This document shows positions 41,785-53,182 of a stretch of 64,000 nucleotides of DNA, one piece after another. Numbering within the stretch: the first letter of the stretch is position 1; every line of letters begins with the position of its first letter. The notes beneath the pieces are model-generated. The model ran no database searches. It was given only the letters and a program-made list of their open reading frames with translations, and was not told the origin of the DNA. Position numbers and translations under genes: made by a program. The stretch is from Octopus vulgaris. Its lineage: Eukaryota. Where the stretch lies: contig OX597833.1 of assembly GCA_951406725.2 (NCBI GenBank), forward strand, positions 73,470,001-73,534,000, given 5' to 3'.

Positions 41785-44700
41785 GAGATCTCACCTGCAA
41801 CTATTGCCATACACAAGACAAAAATGAGATCTCACCTGCAACCATTGCCATACACAAGACAAAAGTGAGATTTCACCTGCAACCATTGCCATACACAAGA
41901 CAAAAATGAGATCTCACCTGCAACCATTGCCATACACAAGACAAAAATGAGATCTCACTTGCAACCATTGCCATACACAAGACAAAAATGAGATCTCACC
42001 TGCAACCATTGACATACACAAGACAAAAATGAGATCTCGCCTGCAACCATTGCCATACACAAGACAAAAATGAGATCTCGCCTGCAACCATTGCCATACA
42101 CAAGACAAAAATGAGATCTCACCTGCAACCATTGCCATACACAAGACAAAAATGAGATCTCACCTGCAACCATTGCCATACACAAGACAAAAATGTGATC
42201 TCACCTGCAACCATTGCCATACACAAAACAAAAATGAGATCTCACCTGCAACCATTGACATACACAAGACAAAAATGAGATCTCACCTGCAACCATTGCC
42301 ATACGCAAGACAAAAATGAGATCTCACCTGCAACCATTGCCATACACAAGACAAAAATGAGATCTCACCTGCAACCATTGCCATACGCAAGACAAAAATG
42401 AGATCTCACTTGCAACCATTGCCATACACAAGACAAAAATGAGATCTCACCTGCAACCATTGCCATACACAAGACAAAAATGAGATCTCACCTGCAACCA
42501 TTGCCATGAGATCTCACCTGCAACCATTGCCATACACAAGACAAAAATGAGATCTCACCTGCAACCATTGCCATACACAAGACAAAAATGAGATCTCACC
42601 TGCAACCATTGCCATACACAAGACAAAAATGAGATCTCACCTGCAACCATTGCCATACACAAGACAAAAATGAGATCTCACCTGCAACCATTGCCATACA
42701 CAAGACAAAAATGAGATCTCACCTGCAACCATTGCCATACACAAGAAAAAAATGAGATCTCACCTGCAACCATTGCCATACACAAGACAAAAATGAGATC
42801 TCACCTGCAACCATTGCCATACGCAAGACAAAAATGAGATCTCACCTGCAACCATTGCCATACGCAAGACAAAAATGAGATCTCACCTGCAACCATTGCC
42901 ATACACAAGACAAAAATGAGATCTCACCTGCAACCATGGCCATACGCAAGACAAAAATGAGATCTCACCTGCAACCATTGCCATACACAAGACAAAAATG
43001 AGATCTCACCTGCAACCATTGCCATACACAAGACAAAAATGAGATCTCACCTGCAACCATTGCCATACACAAGACAAAAATGAGATCTCACCTGCAACCA
43101 TTGCCATACGCAAGACAAAAATGAGATCTCACCTGCAACCATTGCCATACGCAAGACAAAAATGAGATCTCACCTGCAACCATTGCCATACACAAGACAA
43201 AAATGAGATCTCACCTGCAACCATTGCCATACACAAGAGAAAACTGAGATCTCACCTGCAACCATTGCCATACGCAAGACAAAAGTGAGATCTCACCTGC
43301 AACCATTGCCATACGCAAGACAAAAATGAGATCTCACCTGCAACCATTGCCATACACAAGACAAAAATGAGATCTCACCTGCAACCATTGCCATACACAA
43401 GACAAAAATGAGATCTCACCTGCAACCATTGCCATACACAAGACAAAAATGAGATCTCACCTGCAACCATTGCCATACACAAGACAAAAATGAGATCTCA
43501 CCTGCAACCATTGCCATACACAAGACAAAAATGAGATCTCACCTGCAACCATTGCCATACACAAGACAAAAATGAGATCTCACCTGCAACCATTGCCATA
43601 CACAAGACAAAAATGAGATCTCACCTGCAACCATTGCCATACACAAGACAAAAATGAGATCTCACCTGCAACCATTGACATACACAAGACAAAAATGAGA
43701 TCTCACCTGCAACCATTGCCATACACAAGACAAAAATGAGATCTCACCTGCAACCATTGCCATACACAAGACAAAAATGAGATCTCACCTGCAACCATTG
43801 CCATACACAAGACAAAAATGAGATCTCACCTGCAACCATTGCCATACACAAGACAAAAATGAGATCTCACCTGCAACCATTGCCATACACAAGACAAAAA
43901 TGAGATCTCACCTGCAACCATTGCCATACACAAGACAAAAATGAGATCTCACCTGCAACCATTGCCATACACAAGACAAAAATGAGATCTCACCTGCCAC
44001 CATTGCCATACGCAAGACAAAAATGAGATCTCACCTGCAACCATTGCCATACGCAAGACAAAAATGAGATCTCACCTGCAACCATTGCCATACACAAGAG
44101 AAAAATGAGATCTCACCTGCAACCATGGCCATACGCAAGACAAAAATGAGATCTCACCTGCAACCATTGCCATACACAAGACAAAAATGAGATCTCACCT
44201 GCAACCATTGCCATACACAAGACAAAAATGAGATCTCACCTGCAACCATTGCCATACACAAGACAAAAATGAGATCTCACCTGCAACCATTGCCATACGC
44301 AAGACAAAAATGAGATCTCACCTGCAACCATTGCCATACACAAGACAAAAATGAGATCTCACCTGCAACCATTGCCATACACAAGACAAAAATGAGATCT
44401 CACCTGCAACCATTGCCATACACAAGACAAAACTGAGATCTCACCTGCAATCATTGCCATACGCAAGACAAAAGTGAGATCTCACCTGCAACCATTGCCA
44501 TACGCAAGACAAAAATGAGATCTCACCTGCAACCATTGCCATACACAAGACAAAAATGAGATCTCACCTGCAACCATTGCCATACACAAGACAAAAATGA
44601 GATCTCACCTGCAACCATTGCCATACACAAGACAAAAATGAGATCTCACCTGCCAACCATTGCCATACACAAGACAAAAATGAGATCTCACCTGCAACCA

Positions 44701-45236
44701 TTGCCATACACAAGACAAAAATGAGATCTCACCTGCAACCATTGCCATACACAAGACAAAAATGAGATCTCACCTGCAACCATTGCCATACACAAGACAA
44801 AAATGAGATCTCACCTGCAACCATTGCCATACACAAGACAAAAATGAGATCTCACCTGCAACCATTGCCATACACAAGACAAAAATGAGATCTCACCTGC
44901 AACCATTGACATACACAAGACAAAAATGAGATCTCGCCTGCAACCATTGCCATACACAAGACACAAATGAGATCTCACCTGCAACCATTGCCATACACAA
45001 GACAAAAATGAGATCTCACCTGCAACCATTGCCATACACAAGACAAAAATGTGATCTCACCTGCAACCATTGACATACACAAGACAAAAATGAGATCTCA
45101 CCTGCAACCATTGCCATACACAAGACAAAAATGAGATCTCACCTGCAACCATTGCCATACACAAGACAAAAATGAGATCTCACCTGCAACCATTGCCATA
45201 CACAAGACAAAAATGAGATCTCACCTGCAACCATTA
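41785..45236 (+). repeat. 41-bp tandem array (~84 units) inside the 3' LTR; ~4.5 units in the 5' LTR (36222-36406)
   Basis: Unit GAGATCTCACCTGCAACCATTGCCATACACAAGACAAAAAT, head-to-tail without unique spacers. Confidence 0.97.
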
Positions 45237-46539
45237 TTTAAGGAAAAGACAACAACATTTTCCTTCCCATACTTCTCACGCTGACACCGACCAAGACTTC
45301 GAAGCCAGGACTTTTGTCTTGCCGTGATACCACATGCATTGTCTCCAGAGGCAACTGAACCTCACGTGTATGGGAGAGAAGGCTAACTATGCACTGCTGT
45401 GAAGATGGTTACTGAAAGCAAACCCTTTGTACGAAGCACCTGTGAATAAACGGTTTATTGAATTTACTCCGCCTGAGAACTTCATTCTTTGTATCTCCAG
45501 TTCTTTGAATCAACAGAATAATTATGATAGAAGATACCCCAAAAGTATCCTAAAACCCTTCCTTCCATTATATGGTAATTTACTTGAATTTACCTATGTA
45601 TAACATCATAAATTATGACTCTGATAGAATCTTTTATTATTTTTGTTCCTGTCCTCCAATTTTCATGTCTCCTTCAATATTTCCTTTTTCTTTTTTTTAC
45701 CAAAATACTATCAGATTTGTTTTTATCATCGCAGATTATAATTACGCAAATTTAATTTCTCCCAAATTCAGTTATTTGACAGATTTTCATTAAAAAGCAA
45801 TGAAATTCTGCGTGAAATACATTATTACATCACTATATCAAATTTAAACATTTTCACTTAATTTTAAAATTTCAAAAAGTGAAGGGAAACAGAAAAGGTC
45901 CAAGCCGGGTTTTTCTTTTTTTCAAATAAATTCACGAGCGAAATACGTGGGCAGAACTAATGTACATTGAAATAAAAACAGCATTTGTCTGTCACCTACT
46001 TTTACTTTTTCTTATTTTAAATATTTGTCATGTTTAACAAAAGGCACCAATCTTCCATTGTTCCGTTGTATCACAAACACATTACTTACGTAAAATAGTT
46101 TAAACACTTTCTACGTATTTCCTCTTCAATAACTATGAACCACTTTCTTTATATTATGTACTAAGTTATATTACAGAAGATCTCTAACCACCAAGCTCCT
46201 TGCTTCATGTTATTGCATTCAATTATTTCCATGAAGACATTTAATCACTAACGATGCCGGCGATGTAAAAAATATATGAAAACTGAAATATATTAATATT
46301 TGGTCCCTCTTGTCTTCACATGCAGCCAGCCAAACTACTGGGAAATTCCAACGAAGTGTTAATTATCAAAGCCCGCACACTTAACCTCCATTCATGTACA
46401 TATAACTAATTGAGTACGTGTAGTGTACATTTGTAACGAGTTTTGACATGGTCAGTTACTGTAGCAGTTCAATACTGTTTAGAACGAACAAATAATACTT
46501 TTTAAATGTACCAGTTTCACTTTCTCAAACTAACAAGTG

Positions 46540-46870
46540 TGGACGGGTCAATAGCTTCTGTGCTCCCACTGCAGTAGGCATCCGTTGATTTCAAGGGACC
46601 ACGGATGTGTGCCTGAGAATTTGTGTTAGCTGTTGATAGTGGTGCCACATCTGCTGTGGTGGCTGTACAGGCTTACATGCGAGTGGCAGTCACACAGACA
46701 ATGGCTGCATTCGAAGAAGCCCTCTGCCATCACTATTGATCCGTTGTAGTAAGTTCCAGGTTCTCTTCCCCTCACTTCATTCTCTTTTTGCAGTTTTTGG
46801 CTCCAGTATGGGCAGTCATTTGCAACCTCCTCCCATTTCTGGATGTCCACATCTATTAACTTCATCTCTC
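46540..46870 (-). mobile_element. RTE-type LINE 3' end
   Basis: IDVDIQKWEEVANDCPYW...FECSHCLCDCHSHVSLYSHHSRC (RTE C-terminal zinc finger). Confidence 0.6.
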
Positions 46871-48656
46871 TCTCTCTTGCTGATGTCCTTGTCCGAAGAA
46901 AAGCTAGTTTTGTGTGTGTGTGTGCGCGCTTTGTGTTATCTATTAACTAATATCAGTGTAGTCCTTCGTTATTTCAAGTTGAGAATAAACCCCTAATTTA
47001 TTGATAATTCAAATGTTTTATTACTAAAGATGGAATGGATACAGTTAGTTTACCAAATCAAAACCATTTTCTGCACATTTTTAAATTCCTGATTTCAAGG
47101 CAGATGACTCATATGGCTCAGCATCGTTTGTAACTCATCTGTTCTGTGGCACATCCTTAATGCCACAGCAGAGATGATGGATGGAGTTACTGCAACAGTA
47201 AATAAATGAAGTGAAACACTGAAATATTTTGTAGAATCTGCTAGATTGTATTTTCCAATCTGTGGCTTTTGAGACATTCTAGGGTCTGCGGATAACAGAC
47301 AAGGTCTTTGACTTTGTTAGTGTCCTACTTCAAACATCAGATGGTGTTTGGGAAGTCACCTGGTTGTTTCTAGCATGTGTTATATTTGAGTGGGGTGTCT
47401 GTATACCCCTGGTTATTCACTGATTTCTTTTCTCTTTCTCATTTTCTTACTATTTGCTTTTGTCAGTTATGTTCTTTTCCACTGGAGGAAAGTCGTCATC
47501 ATTTAACACCTGTTTTCCATACTGGCATGGGTTAAACGGTTAGACAGGAACTGCTAACACCAACCACTTTGTAGAGTGTAGTGGGTGCTTTTGTTATTGC
47601 ACCGGTAACCGCGAGGCCACTATCTAACTTGCAAAATTGGTTAAGTGTACCCCTAATTCATGTTGTAGACATACAGGCAATCCTCAACATTGTTTCATTA
47701 TAACATTCATGTGAAGTAATATAGAATAGTGTGAAATATAAATCCACCTAGGGTACCTAAAGTACATACCACAAAAATGAACTGTTGTTTACTATAATTT
47801 TTCCTTTCTTTTGGAACTTGTTTTCAATTCAGTAAAATAGAAAGAAATATATAAACGAGATTGAACAACAATACAAATCATTTTCTTTTTTTGTTTAGTT
47901 TTGTTTATCAATATTTAGCAAACAACATCAACATATTCATCATATACACAGGTTGGCTGCCTTGAAACCAGCAGGCAGTGGTACCTACATGGTATCAGAT
48001 TAAGGGCTTTATCAAAGGACACAGTATTTCAGTTTGAATACACTTAACACACCACATCTTCACTTCAAAATATTCCCTGTAAATCAATACAAATTGGTTA
48101 ATGGAGAAAGAATAAACATTAATTGAAATATCCTGTGAAATTTTAATGGCTTTTGCACAAAAATTACGTCACTGCTACTTGCAAAGAACTGGAATTTACA
48201 ATTAAACACATTCACGTGTCTTGAGGTGAAGGGTTGTCGAGATTGTCATTTTCTGGAGGTAAAGGACCATGAGAATCCTTATTTTCTTCATTTTGAAAGG
48301 TAATCACAATATCAAGAACTGGTGCAGATGATGATGATGCTGACGACAACATTCCAAAACATTGCTGCCTCGTCTACACAATAGTCATAGAAGTTCAATT
48401 CCATCTGATGCCAATGAGTCAAACGTTGTCCAGGGAATGCTTTTCTCCACACACTACATGAAACATTAAACTATGTCAATCTTTGAAACTGGGAAGCCAA
48501 ACCTTACTATAACCACAATATAAAATATATTTAAACATATATTAGAACTATATAAAGTGTGTGCATTTTCCTTCTTTTATTTTATATACACACACATATA
48601 TATACATACATATATACATACATATATATATAAATATATATATGTGTGTGTATATA

Positions 48657-48819
48657 CTTTATTAAAAAGCAGCAAAAATATCACAAAAACTGTTACTCAG
48701 AGTTTCACGTTACCATTCATCAGACAGTTTTGTTTACATTCTAAACAAAACAATCCAGCAAACAGGAACATGAAACTCCGAGTAACAGTTTTGGGATATT
48801 TTTGCTGCTTTTAATAAAG
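48657..48819. repeat. Diverged palindrome of a PLE-like terminus flanked by TA-rich tracts
   Basis: CTTTATTAAAAAGCAGCAAAAATATC...GATATTTTTGCTGCTTTTAATAAAG. Confidence 0.8.
48686..48731 (-). ncRNA. Minimal type I hammerhead ribozyme
   Basis: The reverse strand reads AAAACTGT-CTGATGA-ATG gtaa CGT-GAAA-CTCTGAG-TA-ACAGTTTT: 8-bp helix I, perfect core, GUA site. Confidence 0.85.
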
Positions 48820-48899
48820 CATATTCCTCAACCTCTGGTACTCCAGTACTATTTTTTCCACCTTCTTTCACATTTATGTGCTTACTCTGGTATATATAT

Positions 48900-48965
<66 letters not shown>

Positions 48966-49058
48966 TCAAAAGGGGTAGATACAAACGAGGTTGTAAGATG
49001 ATCAAGTTGTATGAAGAAATTTTCGGATACAGACATGCAAAATTTCTGAAAATCCGAG

Positions 49059-49099
<41 letters not shown>

Positions 49100-49458
49100 T
49101 GATAGATGGATAGATAGATATGCACATATAGGTACAGGACATCACAAAACATAAACAACATGAAATACAAAGGCAAGCCTGGTATGCGAACAATGAAAGA
49201 AACAAATGGAAGACAAGACAACTAACATAAAGAATGACCCTTCATCAGTTGTTGGGTGTTTATCTCCACTCCATATTTCGAGCAATTCAGAACACTATGT
49301 GTCTTCGTTGTTTCATTTCGTTTGTTGTATGTCCAGTTTTTGTTACCAACTTTCACCTTCAGCAAAAACCAAATTTTATTTCGGTTTCCAGGAGCAACTC
49401 TTTCTCGAAGAAACATATTGTCATGAATTGCTTGAAATATATGTATTATTATTATATA

Positions 49459-49489
<31 letters not shown>

Positions 49490-49599
49490 TTATGGGCATT
49501 CTTTAAATTATTTCTACACTCAGCTTTTTATTCGGTTGCTACATTTAGAATTCTGCAATCATGCACTGTATAGACATTTATGCTGCATTTCAGGATTTT

Positions 49600-50800
49600 T
49601 AGTATAAACGATTGCATATCTACAATTTTCTTCATTTCAAGGAATATACTACCAACCTCTGCCAGCACTTTATCTGGAGAATGGATTTTCGAGTATTTCC
49701 TTTGAAATAGTCTCAGTTTTGTTGTGAATTTGACAGTATTATGAGGACATCATCGCTGGGAAAATAATCTAGGCAATTGCAAACAAATGTCTTCCAACGG
49801 TTAAGCCTGATCTCTTCTGTTCTTTGGAATATTCATTGGCTCTACACCCTTAATTTTTTACAAATTTATCACGTTTGTAATTTACCCCTGGATGTCTTTT
49901 TTAATCCATTTACAACTCCCAAGGCCAACACTATTTTTTCACTCTGGTACAGCAATTTCTTTTGGCATTTAAGTTCTTTTGGTGTCTTTAATAACTTTGA
50001 GGTTTTTACTACTTTCACAATCGTAGCACCCTTGCTGTAACTCATGAGGACAACTGGGGATAAGTCTGATATAGAAGTTTCAAACGATGTCCCCAGAACA
50101 AAAACTAGTCCCCTCTATGGAAACCTGCAGAATGGTTAACCGTTCATTGCATGCAGGTATGTAAATATTGGAAAGGTACTGAGGTAAGGGTGCATCGGTA
50201 GTAGAAACAAGATTTCTGTCAGTGAGGAAATTAAAAAAAACCATTCACCATATTTCTGACAATATGGTGGTCACAAATTTCATGGAATATTGTTGTGTGG
50301 CCATCTTTGTCAAGTCCAAATACATCCCTTCTACTTTTGATTGGTAAAGTAGCTGTTTTCACATCCAATTCTAATGTGGCAGTATTTGTTCTTGGACAGA
50401 ATCTATATTGGGTTTCACACAAGTTATTTTACTCTTGGAACAGAATCAATTTGTGTTTGATGCTGAATTCTGTGATTTAACTGGTAGATGAAGTCAAAGA
50501 TGCATGTCTATAATGTTTTGTGTTTGTCCTGCATCCTCATTTATGGCAAGAATATACAACAGCTTTTTTATTGCTAATGGGAATTTTAATGTTCTCCAGA
50601 AGATTTTGGAAAGAAACTAAAGGACTTTGGTTAGAGGATTGTTACATATTTTTAGGAGAATTGTTGGGAAGCAATCAGGGTCCGGTGCTGAGTTTATATG
50701 TATTTTGTCTGAAACAGTTATTCCATCGATTTCTTCTACGTCCACGTAAGGCCATGCTATTGAAAGTCTTTGTTGGCTTAGTTGTGTACCAGGAAAATGG
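49600..50800 (-). mobile_element. Highly decayed CR1/L2-type LINE RT fragment
   Basis: Minus-strand remnants resemble P..LK......PL..F..L....IP...KKAVV, W...FLTDR and G.VLG...YISDL. Confidence 0.45.
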
Positions 50801-51006
50801 TGAAGATATTAGAAGAGTCAGATATGCCATTCAGTTCTTTATTCTTTTGAAATTTAGCTGTATTAACATTATCAAGACATGTCACTGATGTTCAACTTCA
50901 TCAGAGACACAGAAACCACCACAATAACAGCAGTAACTATCAGGTGGGACACTGCCAAAATACAGCAGACACAGGAAAATGTTCTTCACAATTATGAAAA
51001 AACAAA

Positions 51007-51498
51007 CTAAGATAGACTGCAAAGAAAATTAAAAATATTCACAATGTCATCTCTGTGTCCACTTTGGCATTTCAATTGAGGAAAACTTTCTAAATGTTTT
51101 GGAATTTCTATATCTTCATGGTTCCTGATCATAAAAATTTGACCAATTTTAGGTTGTCGATCTTCCATGATTTGTTTGGCATATTCAGTGTGGGTTAAAA
51201 ACTCTGGTGATATAGTCTTTGAATGTTCTAAATAAATTCCAATATTGCAACTGTTTTCTAATATGGTACGAAGGTTTACAGTTTTATATTTTCCCAATAT
51301 ATAGTCACGATTACCAAATGTAACTTTTAACCCAAAGTATTTGTCTAGATTCATTCCAATGTTTTCAGCCAGTTCTTCAGAGTTTGGGGATGTTAAAATA
51401 TAGATATCATAATGAAAGTTAGTTACGATGTCATTCTTTGAACATGCTAACTCCCGGTTTAGCATTGGTTTCAGAGCCAAATCCAAAACAAAGCTCAT
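51007..51498 (-). CDS. TIR-like domain ORF, +1 frame continuation of the TPR ORF
   Basis: HYDIYIL...LDKYFGLKVTFGNRDYILGK..TVNLRTILENSCNIGIYL matches TIR box1 (YD), box2 (GLK..RD..G) and IENS+betaC. It overlaps the TPR ORF by 68 nt. Confidence 0.65.
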   Translation of the reverse strand: MSFVLDLALKPMLNRELACSKNDIVTNFHYDIYILTSPNSEELAENIGMNLDKYFGLKVTFGNRDYILGKYKTVNLRTILENSCNIGIYLEHSKTISPEFLTHTEYAKQIMEDRQPKIGQIFMIRNHEDIEIPKHLESFPQLKCQSGHRDDIVNIFNFLCSLS

Positions 51499-53182
51499 AA
51501 CATTTTCTGAAGAACTCTTTGCTACAGTCAGGCTCTGTTTCTGTGAAATGCTTTCCTAAATTTACATAAATTTGTTTCATTAGCTTTACATCAACTTCAT
51601 GGGGCTTAACTTCTGAAAACCTAAGACAAAGAAAAGCTTTAAAATATTGCTTATTTTTACAAAGTTTTCGTAACTTTCGTGATAATTCACTTTTATCACA
51701 ATCCACGAGAAGTTTATTATAAAGTTCTTCATCATCACGGAGTTCCTCTACTGACTCAATTAATTCCAACAGTTTTTCATTATACTCAATATACCCATGC
51801 TCATACACATCAGTCATAATATCCTTTATTCCCCAAATGTCTTTCAGCTTCTTCTGGAAAGGAAGAAATTCTATAGCAGATTTAATAGCAAGGAAGAACC
51901 TATCTGTTCCATCGTCTCTAAATTCTCTTTTTAAGTCTTCATCATTTTCTTCTTCTGCTAGTATGAAATATAATCTTCCATACAAAATATGAAAACTAAC
52001 GTCTTGTATTTTAATATTTGTTTTAAATTGTTCACAACACTCCTGGGCATTTTCGTATTCTTTCAAAGCCAAATATAACAAAATCAAATCGTAGAGAACA
52101 GCTGCATTTTCTGGAGAAAGTTTAAGAGCTTCTTTAAAGTGATATTCTATTTTGCCAATGAATTCATTCCTTTCCAATTCAGGAATAGTTCTAGGATATT
52201 TAATAAGTTTTCCAAGTGTATTTTCTTCCACAGAAAACTCCTTCTTTGCAGTGAAACATGTGAATTCTCGAATATGTATTTTTTGATAAGTTAATCCAAG
52301 ATGATGATGAGAAAATGCTGTTGCATTTATTTCGATTGCTTTTACAAACAATTCTTTTGCTTTATCAAACTTATATAAAGTCTTATAAAAGTTAGCACAC
52401 TTTTCCAAAACAAAACGGTCATCAGGGGCAAAATGAAGAGCTCTTTGAACATATTTTTCACTGAATTCCTGATTCTTCAGAATATTACATTTCCTTGAAG
52501 GTCTCACTTTAAACAAAGCTAATAATGCTAACGTTTTCCCCATTAGGATCTTGTCAATACAGCGAGGAAAAGCACATCGTATTTTCTCTAAGTACTGTAC
52601 TGCCTCTGTACTAATTGTGTTTTTTTTATCTTCATCAGAGATCTTTCTTAAACAACGATACTGTAACAAAGCTACACCAAATAGACATGAATAATTGCCC
52701 GGACAAAAATTGGAAGCCTCTTTGTAAAGTTTGATAGCCCTCTCATAATCATTGAATGATATTCGACTTAAACAATAAGCAACATTCATTTTACCTTCTG
52801 CTTCTATCTGTTGGAAATCTTCTCTTTTTTCAAGATTGTTAAGATAAACCATAACCTCTTTTAACTTATTCATATTTTCATTGTACAGATGAATGAATGC
52901 AAGATTGGTTAATGCCAAGAGGTTGTCTGGATTAGTTTCTCGAACTTCATTGGCTAATCTTTCAGCTTCAATATTCTTATTTAGCTCCCACTGAATAAAC
53001 ACCAAGGTATTCTTGTGGCGAATCTCATCTTCTAAACCAGACACAGTATCGTTACTTAATGAATTTTCCAGTTTTTTGTAAAGAGACAACCAATGATCTT
53101 TGGTGTAGTGAAAATATTCTCCCATTAAATTCGGAAATCTCTGAATTTTTTCTCTGTACAATTCTCTTCTGCTTTCGTCATC
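51431..53182 (-). CDS. Tetratricopeptide-repeat protein (TTC22-like architecture), large terminal exon
   Basis: Acceptor ttttctttcag|GAT at 53182 opens ~580 codons with TPR-like helices (NPDNLLALTNLAFI, YERAIKLYKEA, RALHFAPDD, EALKLSPENAAVLYDL). Confidence 0.8.
   Translation of the reverse strand, partial: DDESRRELYREKIQRFPNLMGEYFHYTKDHWLSLYKKLENSLSNDTVSGLEDEIRHKNTLVFIQWELNKNIEAERLANEVRETNPDNLLALTNLAFIHLYNENMNKLKEVMVYLNNLEKREDFQQIEAEGKMNVAYCLSRISFNDYERAIKLYKEASNFCPGNYSCLFGVALLQYRCLRKISDEDKKNTISTEAVQYLEKIRCAFPRCIDKILMGKTLALLALFKVRPSRKCNILKNQEFSEKYVQRALHFAPDDRFVLEKCANFYKTLYKFDKAKELFVKAIEINATAFSHHHLGLTYQKIHIREFTCFTAKKEFSVEENTLGKLIKYPRTIPELERNEFIGKIEYHFKEALKLSPENAAVLYDLILLYLALKEYENAQECCEQFKTNIKIQDVSFHILYGRLYFILAEEENDEDLKREFRDDGTDRFFLAIKSAIEFLPFQKKLKDIWGIKDIMTDVYEHGYIEYNEKLLELIESVEELRDDEELYNKLLVDCDKSELSRKLRKLCKNKQYFKAFLCLRFSEVKPHEVDVKLMKQIYVNLGKHFTETEPDCSKEFFRKCYELCFGFGSETNAKPGVSMFKE

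Larger units (their letters stand above)
36181..45572 (+). mobile_element. Full-length decayed Gypsy/Ty3 LTR retrotransposon
   Basis: 5' LTR 36181-36741 and 3' LTR 41742-45572 (TGTA...TATA), with 4-bp TSD TGGT on both sides. PBS TGGTGACC at 36745; PPT GGAGAGAG before 41742. Internal order: gag (WFAQLDAYF), PR, RT (YVDD), RNase H (VDASD), integrase (H..H..CVKC, D,D,E region). Confidence 0.93.

Noticed and set aside
41785-45236. CRISPR-like array
   Set aside because: The units are head-to-tail with no unique spacers, there are no cas genes, and the array lies inside a eukaryotic LTR.
51431-51433. A-to-I recoding of TGA to join the TPR and TIR ORFs
   Set aside because: Read-through stays in the same frame and meets TAA after three more codons; the TIR is in the +1 frame.
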